Assembly (NCBI GenBank): GCA_049318945.1
Contig: JBMOEO010000004.1
Location: 10,904-74,903 of the forward strand
Direction: 5' to 3'
DNA from: Phototrophicaceae bacterium
GTDB lineage: Bacteria > Chloroflexota > Anaerolineae > Aggregatilineales > Phototrophicaceae
DNA: 64,000 nt
The position numbers were made by a program, and so were the translations under genes. How positions within the stretch are numbered: position 1 is the first letter of the stretch; every line of letters begins with the position of its first letter. The notes under the pieces were generated by a model, which saw only the letters and a program-made list of their open reading frames with translations, was not told where the DNA came from and did not search any database. Below are positions 26,905 through 35,612 of the stretch, one piece after another.

Positions 26905-27204
26905 TTAATGGAGGGAAGTGCCGTATAAGCGTTCACGCAGTCTTTGCTCCAATTGGAGAATCAATTGATCGCACGCCACATTTTTAACTTTGTTCTGATT
27001 GATGGCGTGATTCATGCAGTCGATGAATTGTTGCATCACTTCTTGGATGAAGGTTTCCACTGAATAGCCGTTTGCTTCAATGGTGTTTGCCAGCAGTTTG
27101 CCGTCACACATCACATGACGCAACGCCTGCCCACTCATGCCGGTGTAAGTGGCAACCAACGTGGTGAAAGTGGATGGATCGGAATAAGTGGATACGGGGT
27201 TCAT
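26905..27204 (-). CDS. Hypothetical protein
   Basis: 99-aa ORF with AAGGAG upstream and its own terminator. No recognisable motif. Confidence 0.55.
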   Translation of the reverse strand: MNPVSTYSDPSTFTTLVATYTGMSGQALRHVMCDGKLLANTIEANGYSVETFIQEVMQQFIDCMNHAINQNKVKNVACDQLILQLEQRLRERLYGTSLH

Positions 27205-27328
27205 GGGAAGTTCATCTCCTTCAATTCTTGGGTATGTTTAAGCGTCTTGATTGCTTTTAGCATCCCATCAGGATGTAACCGAACTTCCCTGATTATGTAA
27301 ACACTTTGTCAACTTTGGTGCATCCATA

Positions 27329-28720
27329 CTATTCAAAATGCTCGAATGCCTGCTCAATGAAGTAACGGGCAAACGCCTCAGCACGCACCTGATGCACTTG
27401 CCCTTGTCGGTCAAGGTAGGCAAATTGTTCCGCTTTGGCAACATAACCAACTTCTAATAAATTAGGTGAGGGTATGGTGGACACGTCCGCAAGACGTTCG
27501 TAATAACCACGTTCGGTTTCTAAGGCTATGTGTAGGGTTGCTTTGGAGATGCCTGTGTGGGTTTCCATTTCGGGGCTAGGGAAGCCGAAGAAAAATAAAT
27601 AGCGAACAGCATTTTCTGACCGAGCATCTGTGGTTCGATAAAGGCTAAATCGGAAATACCATGTGCGTTTAGACGGACGATGAGCACACAATTCTTGATA
27701 CTTCTCATACTCTAAGCCATCAAATTCCCTGAAGCCAATCCGCTTAGATGATCCTTGTTGGGTGGCTAGGTTGGTATATTCTTGTGCCAATTGTTTCAAA
27801 TAGCCCTTCAATAAACCCATCGCCTTCTCAAAGATTTCATACTCACCGCGCAGTTGTTGATCGTCTTGATACAATAGCTTATGTAAGAATTGCTCGCTTT
27901 CTAGTTGATTCTTGGTGGCGTATTCATAAACCTCAAAGCTCTCTAAAGCAGACTCTAAAACTAAACGAATGAAAGAGGATAAGTCCCCTGCTTGGGTCTC
28001 TTCTAAGGCATCATAGTAACGATGCCGATCATCTTTGGTCAGGATGACCAGTGGGTAGCCACGGCGTATCAAAATCAGATTCATCAATAAGCGTGCTGTA
28101 CGCCCATTTCCATCTACAAACGGATGAATATACACAAACCATACATGCGCAATACAAGCCAAAATCAACGGGTCATCTTGTGCGGTGGAATCTTCATGAG
28201 AGATACTTTCCAGCCACTTCCCAAAATCATCCATCTCTTCATTAATCCGTGCTGGGTCTGGTGGGGTAAACTGAGAGCCAGAGATGCGTACTTGTATGGT
28301 ACGAAACCGTCCCGCGTTTCGATCATCAACACCACGTAGAACAACACCATGCAGTTCTTTAATATCACGTATTGAGATGCCCTCTTTGCTTTTAACCAAC
28401 ACCTCAAAGAAATCAAGCGCGTCGGAAAGATTGCGTGCCTCCATACTATCCTTGAGGGGCTTACCCGTCAAAGTGAGTCCTTGCTCAATCACCATTTTGG
28501 TCTCGCCAATGGTGAGCGTATTCCCTTCAATGGCATTAGAGTTATAGATTTGTTTAAGCCGAAAATATGCTTGTAGATGCGCCAGAGATTCGGGGGACAA
28601 TGTACCGATTAACGTTCGCATTGCACCGATCCGTTCTCTTAAGTCGGTCAATGGCTTGCTCAAATTATGGTCATACTCATAAGGTGTTTGTGAGACTGGT
28701 TGATAACGATTTTTATTCAT
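27329..28720 (-). CDS. Fic family protein (class II, internal inhibitory helix) with an uncharacterised ~190-aa C-terminal extension
   Basis: 463 aa. Fic motif HPFVDGNGRTARLLMN is intact. N-terminal SNAIEGN fits the (S/T)xxxE(G/N) inhibitory motif. Confidence 0.9.
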   Translation of the reverse strand: MNKNRYQPVSQTPYEYDHNLSKPLTDLRERIGAMRTLIGTLSPESLAHLQAYFRLKQIYNSNAIEGNTLTIGETKMVIEQGLTLTGKPLKDSMEARNLSDALDFFEVLVKSKEGISIRDIKELHGVVLRGVDDRNAGRFRTIQVRISGSQFTPPDPARINEEMDDFGKWLESISHEDSTAQDDPLILACIAHVWFVYIHPFVDGNGRTARLLMNLILIRRGYPLVILTKDDRHRYYDALEETQAGDLSSFIRLVLESALESFEVYEYATKNQLESEQFLHKLLYQDDQQLRGEYEIFEKAMGLLKGYLKQLAQEYTNLATQQGSSKRIGFREFDGLEYEKYQELCAHRPSKRTWYFRFSLYRTTDARSENAVRYLFFFGFPSPEMETHTGISKATLHIALETERGYYERLADVSTIPSPNLLEVGYVAKAEQFAYLDRQGQVHQVRAEAFARYFIEQAFEHFE

Positions 28721-28785
28721 GGGTGATTTTCCATAATTCGTATATCTATGTTGATTGATAATGGCTATTCGATTTTGATGAGTGT

Positions 28786-29355
28786 TTAGCGGAAGGTGAT
28801 ACGGCGGTAGAGATCAGACAGGCGCAGGTTCACCCCAATACTTCGCAACTGGAGGACGCTATCCAGTCCAATGAAGTCCATGACCGACCACCCCATCGCG
28901 CCTGCTTGACGCGCGTAATGCACCACATGAGGCGTACCCGTTTCCACCAATACATATTCATTCAAGCTGGCAATGCCCCGATACCCATTCAATTTATGGG
29001 TTTGATCGTGTTGGGCAGTGCTGGGAGACAACACCTCAAAAATCACCTGTGGGTTCAACAATGTATCGAACACCCCCTCCATGAAGATGGGTTCATCACA
29101 CACCACCGTTACATCAGGGTATACATACGCATTGGCATAGGGCATATACACGCGCATATCACTTGGGTAGACATCGCACGACTGCAACGGGGGTTGATTG
29201 TTCAAGGTGGTGATGAGGTTGCCCACGATCAGGTTATGCGCTTTAGACGCGCCACTCATCGCCACCACTTCCCCATCATACCACTCATGCTTGACCGGGC
29301 TAACGCGCTCATTCTCTAAGTAGCTTTGTGCGCTCACACGCTTGACCGTCACCAT
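28786..29355 (-). CDS. Uma2 family (DUF820) endonuclease, copy 1
   Basis: 189 aa. YLENERVSPVKHEWYDGEVVAMSGASKAHN...DVYPSDMRV...PDVTVV...FEVLSPST is a PD-(D/E)xK Uma2 pattern. Confidence 0.85.
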   Translation of the reverse strand: MVTVKRVSAQSYLENERVSPVKHEWYDGEVVAMSGASKAHNLIVGNLITTLNNQPPLQSCDVYPSDMRVYMPYANAYVYPDVTVVCDEPIFMEGVFDTLLNPQVIFEVLSPSTAQHDQTHKLNGYRGIASLNEYVLVETGTPHVVHYARQAGAMGWSVMDFIGLDSVLQLRSIGVNLRLSDLYRRITFR

Positions 29356-29939
29356 ATTATGAGGATGCCCCCTTCAAACCGACCAAGCGATAGACATCAC
29401 GCAACAACAGGTTCACCCCAATACTTCGCAACTGGAGGACGCTATCCAGTCCAATGAAGTCCATGACCGACCACCCCATCGCGCCTGCTTGACGCGCGTA
29501 ATGCACCACATGAGGCGTACCCGTTTCCACCAATACATATTCATTCAAGCTGGCAATGCCCCGATACCCATTCAATTTATGGGTTTGATCGTGTTGGGCA
29601 GTGCTGGGAGACAACACCTCAAAAATCACCTGTGGGTTCAACAATGTATCGAACACCCCCTCCATGAAGATGGGTTCATCACACACCACCGTTACATCAG
29701 GGTATACATACGCATTGGCATAGGGCATATACACGCGCATATCACTTGGGTAGACATCGCACGACTGCAACGGGGGTTGATTGTTCAAGGTGGTGATGAG
29801 GTTGCCCACGATCAGGTTATGCGCTTTAGACGCGCCACTCATCGCCACCACTTCCCCATCATACCACTCGTGCTTGACTGGGCTAACGCGCTCATTCTCT
29901 AGGTAGCTTTGTGCGCTCACACGCTTGACCGTCACCATA
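28825..29939. repeat. Tandem direct duplication: 2 x 532 bp (28825-29356 and 29408-29939), period 583 bp
   Basis: Manual alignment shows 3 mismatches in 532 bp. All are synonymous and lie near the 5' end of the genes. The 39- and 51-nt 3' tails have diverged. Confidence 0.95.
29357..29938 (-). CDS. Uma2 family (DUF820) endonuclease, copy 2
   Basis: Trimmed to the ATG at 29938, homologous to the copy 1 start. Identical to copy 1 for about 176 aa, with a different C-terminal tail. Its stop is 1 nt from the copy 1 ATG. Confidence 0.85.
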   Translation of the reverse strand: MVTVKRVSAQSYLENERVSPVKHEWYDGEVVAMSGASKAHNLIVGNLITTLNNQPPLQSCDVYPSDMRVYMPYANAYVYPDVTVVCDEPIFMEGVFDTLLNPQVIFEVLSPSTAQHDQTHKLNGYRGIASLNEYVLVETGTPHVVHYARQAGAMGWSVMDFIGLDSVLQLRSIGVNLLLRDVYRLVGLKGASS

Positions 29940-30085
29940 CCGATTGATTCCTCATCTCTGTTAAAAGGCATTCTATCATGGTTATATTTTACCAAGATCA
30001 AGTAAAGTGCTTTAGGAAACTTGCATAACCATGCCGACACTCCCATAATAGTTGTTATAGATCGTCTTGATTGGGGTATCATTTC

Positions 30086-33000
30086 ATGCAATCGCTCTAT
30101 TCCAAAGTGATTGATAATCGTTATGAGATTGAACGTGAGATTGGGGCGGGCAACATGGGCAAAATCTTTCGCGCCTATGACCGCCTACAAGGGCAGATTG
30201 TTGCCCTGAAGCAGGTACAGCTACCCAGCAATACGACCTCCCCAACTGACAGCATCACCGCCACCAACTATCGCCTTGCCCTCACGCGCGAGTTCCAATT
30301 GCTGGGAACACTCAGTCATCCCCATATCATCCGCGTCTTGGATTATGGCTTTGACATTGCGGGGCAACCTTTTTACACGATGGAGTTCTTGCGTGATACT
30401 CGTAATATCGTCCACTATACCCAAGATAAACCGCAAGCAGAGCGCATCAAACTTCTATTAGAGACCATCCAAGCCCTCGCCTATTTGCATCGGCGCGGAA
30501 TCATCCACTGTGACTTGAAGCCGGACAATGTGCAAATCGTCAATGGGCAGGCACGCATACTCGATTTCGGGATTGCCTTAGCGAGTGAGAACACCAACGC
30601 CACAAGCCTTTCTGGCACGCCTGCCTATCTAGCACCCGAAATGTTACGCAACCGTACCGCCCCACACATCGAGAGTGATCTATACGCCTTTGGCTTGATT
30701 GCCTATGAGGTTTTGGTGGGCACGTTCCCCTATGCCAATGATACCCTCCCTGCCCTCATGCGCGATATTGTGTATAAGGTGATTGAGCCGTCTGATATTC
30801 CCTTAGAGAAACCGCTACAAAAAATCATTGCGCGGATGCTAGAGAAAGACCCGCTACGACGATATGGGAATGCGCGTTCGGTTGCCACCGATTTACAGGC
30901 AACCTTGCCCAAAGGGTATATATCCGAATCCCTCAGCATTCGGGATAGCTACTTGCAAGCGGCACAATTCATCGGGCGTGACCAAGAACTCAACACGCTT
31001 AAAGATGCTTTGAAAAAAATCATCCGTCGTTACAACAATCCGCCTCAAGGGAGTGCGTGGTTGATTGGTGGAGAAAGTGGCGTGGGCAAATCACGCTTAT
31101 TAGAGGAGATTCGGATCGCCGCATTGGTGGAAGGGGCATTGGTTTTGCGTGGGCAGAATACCGCTAAGGGATCACCCTATCAAATGTGGCGTGACGCGCT
31201 GACTCGGTTGTTACTCTTCACCCCGAAAAACAGTTATGACCCTCGCCCACTCAAAGACATTGTGCCCGACCTTGAACGCATCCTCCAAACCACCCTCACC
31301 CCATTAGATGAGTTTGACCAACGGGAGCGTTTAAGCCATCTCAACGGGGCGATACTGGATATTTTCCACGAACAAACGCGCCCCATCGTGATCCTCTTGG
31401 AAGACCTACATAATGCCCACGATAGTTTAGACCTGTTGCAACAACTCACACAGTCCATTGCGCAACTCCCCCTGATGGTGATTGCTACCTTTCGCATTGA
31501 TGAAAAACCTAAGCTACCCACCCTGTTTCCCATGATGACCTATCTACAACTGGAGAAACTGAACACCCACGAAATGCGCGACTTGGCAGTCTCCATGTTG
31601 GGGAGCATTGGACATGATAGCCGTTTGCTAGAGCTACTAGAGCGCGAGACCAATGGAAACGCCTTCTTCATTGTAGAAGTCGTGCGTGAGTTGGCTGGGC
31701 GATTCGGTGGGCTAGATCAAATTTCTATCAAGAACCTACCCGATTCTGTTGTATCGGGTAGCGTTAGTTCAATCATTGAGCGTCGCCTGTCCCAGATTCA
31801 CCTAGACTTTCAGCCCATGTTGCGCCTTGCCGCGGTGTATGATCGCTTCATTGATCTGGAGTTGTTGCAAGCAGTGGATGATGAGATGGATTATGACGCT
31901 TGGTTATTCACCTGTGCTGATGTGGCAATCCTAGAGCGTTATGAAGGCGTGTGGCGTTTTACACATGATCGCATCCGTGAGGCAATTCTAAATGTGTTGG
32001 ATGAAAACGAACGTCCGCGCTTACACCGCATGATTGCTGATGCCATCGAGGAGACCTATCCGCAAGATGAATCGTTCGCCTCGCGTTTGTTTTATCACTG
32101 GCAAGAAGCCGGCTACACACGTAAGCAAGGCATCTATGCGCACATTGCCGCCCAGCACGCCTTAGCAACTGCCCAGTTCAATGAAGCGCACTACTACTAT
32201 AAAGAAGCGTTGCAAGTGTGTGAGCCGTCTGAACGTCCTAGCATCCTACTAGGCTTGGGCGATTTACACTTTCAGGTTGGAGACTTGCCCCGCGCCTTGC
32301 ATTATCTCAAAGAAGCACAATCCAACCTACTCACCAGTACCGAACGTGTGCATGCCTTGTTGGTGCTTTCCGAGATTTTCATCTTAGAGGGAGAATTGCC
32401 CAAAGCGATGGATCTACTGAACCGTGCCTACCGCTTAAATAAGCACGAGAACGTTAAAGGCATTCTCCCACGCTTGGTGACTGCATCAGGTGTGGTACAC
32501 CTACTTAGCGGAGATTATCAGCAAGCACAAGCTAGTCTTGACCAAGCCATCCAAATGAGCCAGAAAACAGACGACCAACGTCAACGCTTGCGAGCGTGCC
32601 TATCTATGGCAACCCTCAAGCTGTATCAGCATCAACCAGCAGAGGGGCGTGAACTCATCCGTTGGGTGCATGGCAAGGCAAAGCAACTCAATGATACCGA
32701 GTTAACTATGGCATCTGTTGGATTGTTTGGAGATTTCGCGCTTGAAGACAACAAGCCCGTAGAAGCAGAACAGCATTTCACGCAGGCATTGACGATGGCA
32801 GAAAATATCGGAATCATCCTCCCCATTCCGTGGTTCTTGTTGCAGATTGCCTTTGCACGGATGAAGCTCAAGGATATGGTCAGCGCAACGCGGAGTATTA
32901 ATGAGGCGATTGATCGAGCGTGGCATTTACGGTTGTTGCCAGAATTGGTGAGTGGATTGTTATATCATGCTCACCTGCAAAGCTACTATGGAAAGCTGCA

Positions 33001-33202
33001 AGCGTATCTACCGATGGTGAACTACTTACAACATCTTTCCCGTTTCAACGCTAAAAATCAGTGGGTGCTAAACAAATTGTTGAAAGAATGGGCAATCACC
33101 CCACAACAACTTGAACACATCCCCTATGATCCACAACAATATCCGGATCTACATGCGTTAGTCGTTGAGATACTTGGCTATGATCCGGACACAATCGGTT
33201 AA
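30086..33202 (+). CDS. Ser/Thr protein kinase fused to an AAA(_16)-type NTPase and TPR-like C-terminal region
   Basis: ATG at 30086; the track ORF starts at TTG 30071. Kinase motifs GAGNMGKIF, HCDLKPDN, DFG, GTPAYLAPE. P-loop GGESGVGKS. Long helical-repeat C-terminus. Confidence 0.9.
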   Translation: MQSLYSKVIDNRYEIEREIGAGNMGKIFRAYDRLQGQIVALKQVQLPSNTTSPTDSITATNYRLALTREFQLLGTLSHPHIIRVLDYGFDIAGQPFYTMEFLRDTRNIVHYTQDKPQAERIKLLLETIQALAYLHRRGIIHCDLKPDNVQIVNGQARILDFGIALASENTNATSLSGTPAYLAPEMLRNRTAPHIESDLYAFGLIAYEVLVGTFPYANDTLPALMRDIVYKVIEPSDIPLEKPLQKIIARMLEKDPLRRYGNARSVATDLQATLPKGYISESLSIRDSYLQAAQFIGRDQELNTLKDALKKIIRRYNNPPQGSAWLIGGESGVGKSRLLEEIRIAALVEGALVLRGQNTAKGSPYQMWRDALTRLLLFTPKNSYDPRPLKDIVPDLERILQTTLTPLDEFDQRERLSHLNGAILDIFHEQTRPIVILLEDLHNAHDSLDLLQQLTQSIAQLPLMVIATFRIDEKPKLPTLFPMMTYLQLEKLNTHEMRDLAVSMLGSIGHDSRLLELLERETNGNAFFIVEVVRELAGRFGGLDQISIKNLPDSVVSGSVSSIIERRLSQIHLDFQPMLRLAAVYDRFIDLELLQAVDDEMDYDAWLFTCADVAILERYEGVWRFTHDRIREAILNVLDENERPRLHRMIADAIEETYPQDESFASRLFYHWQEAGYTRKQGIYAHIAAQHALATAQFNEAHYYYKEALQVCEPSERPSILLGLGDLHFQVGDLPRALHYLKEAQSNLLTSTERVHALLVLSEIFILEGELPKAMDLLNRAYRLNKHENVKGILPRLVTASGVVHLLSGDYQQAQASLDQAIQMSQKTDDQRQRLRACLSMATLKLYQHQPAEGRELIRWVHGKAKQLNDTELTMASVGLFGDFALEDNKPVEAEQHFTQALTMAENIGIILPIPWFLLQIAFARMKLKDMVSATRSINEAIDRAWHLRLLPELVSGLLYHAHLQSYYGKLQAYLPMVNYLQHLSRFNAKNQWVLNKLLKEWAITPQQLEHIPYDPQQYPDLHALVVEILGYDPDTIG

Positions 33203-33536
33203 GATCAGCCCATGTCTGAGGGGTGGGCAATCCCCTCAGCACAGACTGAAAGAAGGGGGACAACAAGGGGTAATAAGTTTTAATAACCACATACAAGGGC
33301 GGGAAAACTTGTATGGATTCAAAAACCGAGTTTGCTGTAGTAGAAGGTTGGTTTGGTTTGACACAACATCTACTGACACTTAAAGCATACTCCCCTACCT
33401 TTTAAGAGACAAGCGGTTCAAAACAAGCACCGATTAAAATCACCCAACCTTTGTTACCTTTGTCATCTAACCTACCCAGATATGCACTATCTTTGAGACA
33501 ATGAACGCACACTTTCCAAGTTAAGGATTCAAAACC

Positions 33537-34262
33537 ATGCGACAACCTTTAATCGGCATTACCACTTACGGACGCGCAGAAAATCATATCGAGACAAAAG
33601 ACTATCGCGCATACTACTTTACCCCCACTGACTATGTTGATGCGATCCGTGCTGCCGGCGCAGTGGCGGTTTTGTTGGCACCCGGCACCCATGTTGAACG
33701 CGCTACACTGGAGGCATTCTCCGGCTTTGTGGTGATTGGCGGAACGGATATATATCCGGGACGCTATAACGGAAATGTCGCCCATGAGAAGGTTTTAGTC
33801 ACCGACCATGAGCGCGATCAGTTTGAGTTGAGTCTTATTCACTATGCGAAGCAATATAACATTCCCACTTTGTGCATTTGTCGTGGCATGCAGGCATTGA
33901 ATGTGGCGCACGGGGGCACGCTCATTGAGCATTTAATGGATGAAATCGAAGTGGATATTCATGGGGCAAGCGTGCACGATTGGCTCATTCATCCTGTAGA
34001 AGCGACACCCCACTCACGAGTACAACAGGCAATGGGAACGACCACCGCACAACCCTACTCGGCACATCATCAAGCTGTGAAAACGTTGGGGCAGGATTTA
34101 GAAGTCACCGCGTTAGCACCCGATGGCATCATTGAGGCGATTGAATGCACCGATCAGAATTGGATGGTGGGGGTACAATGGCATCCGGAGAAATCTGCTG
34201 CCGATGATCCCACACAACAAGGGTTATTCAACATGTTGGTGCAACAAGCACGCACACGCTAA
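33537..34262 (+). CDS. Class I glutamine amidotransferase, peptidase C26 / gamma-glutamyl-GABA hydrolase-like
   Basis: 241 aa. LCICRGMQALN (nucleophile Cys) and VQWHPE motifs. Confidence 0.85.
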   Translation: MRQPLIGITTYGRAENHIETKDYRAYYFTPTDYVDAIRAAGAVAVLLAPGTHVERATLEAFSGFVVIGGTDIYPGRYNGNVAHEKVLVTDHERDQFELSLIHYAKQYNIPTLCICRGMQALNVAHGGTLIEHLMDEIEVDIHGASVHDWLIHPVEATPHSRVQQAMGTTTAQPYSAHHQAVKTLGQDLEVTALAPDGIIEAIECTDQNWMVGVQWHPEKSAADDPTQQGLFNMLVQQARTR

Positions 34263-34590
34263 ACCCAGCGGAACATTGAGTGGGTATACCACGATGGTAT
34301 ACCCACCTGACCAATGACCCGTATTCCAACCGAATTGAAGTTTGTCCACACAATCTATCAGGGTATGGTTTGTATCCATGCCCTCTATTGTTTGGGCATT
34401 CCTCAACGGATTGAACAATGTAAGGATGTGTATCGGGGATGCTTATTTAGTTTCTGTTTTAATCGTAAAGAAAACATAAATACCAACAATACACTCTTTT
34501 ACAATTTAGCAAATTATCGGCGAATTGTCGGTTGAATTTTGTGATAATCCCGTATGAATGCTGTAATATATCTATACGTCTCCACAAGGA

Positions 34591-35502
34591 TTATTCGACT
34601 GGTTGACCTTTCGGATTCGGCAGGGGTTGCACCCACGCAACGCTACACAAGATTAACACCAACGCCCCCCATATCCACAGCGAGTGTCGCTCTCCTAAGA
34701 TCAGCATCCCCCAAAACACCCCAGCAATCACGACCAAGAAAGAGGTTAAGCTGGCGAACACCGAGCCGGCACGACGGATGAGATACACATAGCCAATGAA
34801 CGCGCCCGACGACCCCACCCCCAAAGCAATCATCGCCAACTCGGCATCATCTAAGGGGACAGTTAAAAAGGTGAATTCACCACTCAAGATATTCGGGATC
34901 ATCATGACCAACGCTGCCACGCCAAACCCCACCCCCGTCACGGTGATGGGCGCGGGATTGTCCTTAAGCCAGATGGAAAAAGCAATGTTTTCTACGGCAT
35001 AACACACTGAGGAGAACAACGCCACCAACACCCAAAAGACATCGCTCCGATCTTCTAGGCTCCCACTGGGAACGACAATCATCAACACCCCCACAATGCC
35101 CATCGCTAAACCGATCATCTTTGCGGATGAAAACCGATCTAAGCCCAACGGGACACTTAACAACAAAGTGGCAATGGGAATCACGGCGGTGGATAAGGAC
35201 AGCACACCAGCAGAGACCAACGGTGCGGCGGTATAGTAGATGATATTCGGGATGGAAACTCCCACGATGCCAACCACACACACCAAGTAACTCAATTGGC
35301 GCGTCCAAACGAGCCGTTCCCCCGTGAACCACCCAATCGCCAACAAGCAACAGGTTGCCACCACCGCTTGCCAAAATGTCACCGTAAAAGAGTGCGCCCC
35401 TGTACGGGTGGCAATCACGCTCAAGGTAAAGCTAAAGCCCCATATTGCTCCCACCACAATCAACCACATGGTGTAACGAATCCGTAATGAACGGTTTACC
35501 AT
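34591..35502 (-). CDS. DMT superfamily (EamA-like) transporter
   Basis: 303 aa with 10 predicted hydrophobic helices in two halves. Confidence 0.7.
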   Translation of the reverse strand: MVNRSLRIRYTMWLIVVGAIWGFSFTLSVIATRTGAHSFTVTFWQAVVATCCLLAIGWFTGERLVWTRQLSYLVCVVGIVGVSIPNIIYYTAAPLVSAGVLSLSTAVIPIATLLLSVPLGLDRFSSAKMIGLAMGIVGVLMIVVPSGSLEDRSDVFWVLVALFSSVCYAVENIAFSIWLKDNPAPITVTGVGFGVAALVMMIPNILSGEFTFLTVPLDDAELAMIALGVGSSGAFIGYVYLIRRAGSVFASLTSFLVVIAGVFWGMLILGERHSLWIWGALVLILCSVAWVQPLPNPKGQPVE

Positions 35503-35555
35503 CTTGCTTCCTTATGTATCGCCAACTTGGCAGATTGTATCATGCTCACAACAAC

Positions 35556-35581
35556 AAAAAAGCCACCCAATGGGGTGGCTT
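35556..35581 (-). terminator. Rho-independent terminator after the sugar transferase gene
   Basis: AGCCACCC-AATG-GGGTGGCT. On the minus strand the stem is followed by TTTTTTG. About 30 nt after the stop at 35613. Confidence 0.75.
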
Positions 35582-35612
35582 CATGTAGATTCACAAGTGA
35601 GGAAGAGAGGGT

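Noticed and set aside
29939-30091. N-terminal 51-codon extension of the upstream Uma2 ORF (track ORF 29357..30091)
   Set aside because: The extension has no counterpart in the near-identical downstream copy. It overlaps the divergent kinase gene start. The homologous ATG at 29938 is the evident start.
33216-33239. Hairpin CTGAGGGG-8 nt-CCCCTCAG after the kinase gene, as a terminator
   Set aside because: The stem is 8 bp but there is no downstream T-run. This is too weak to call a terminator.
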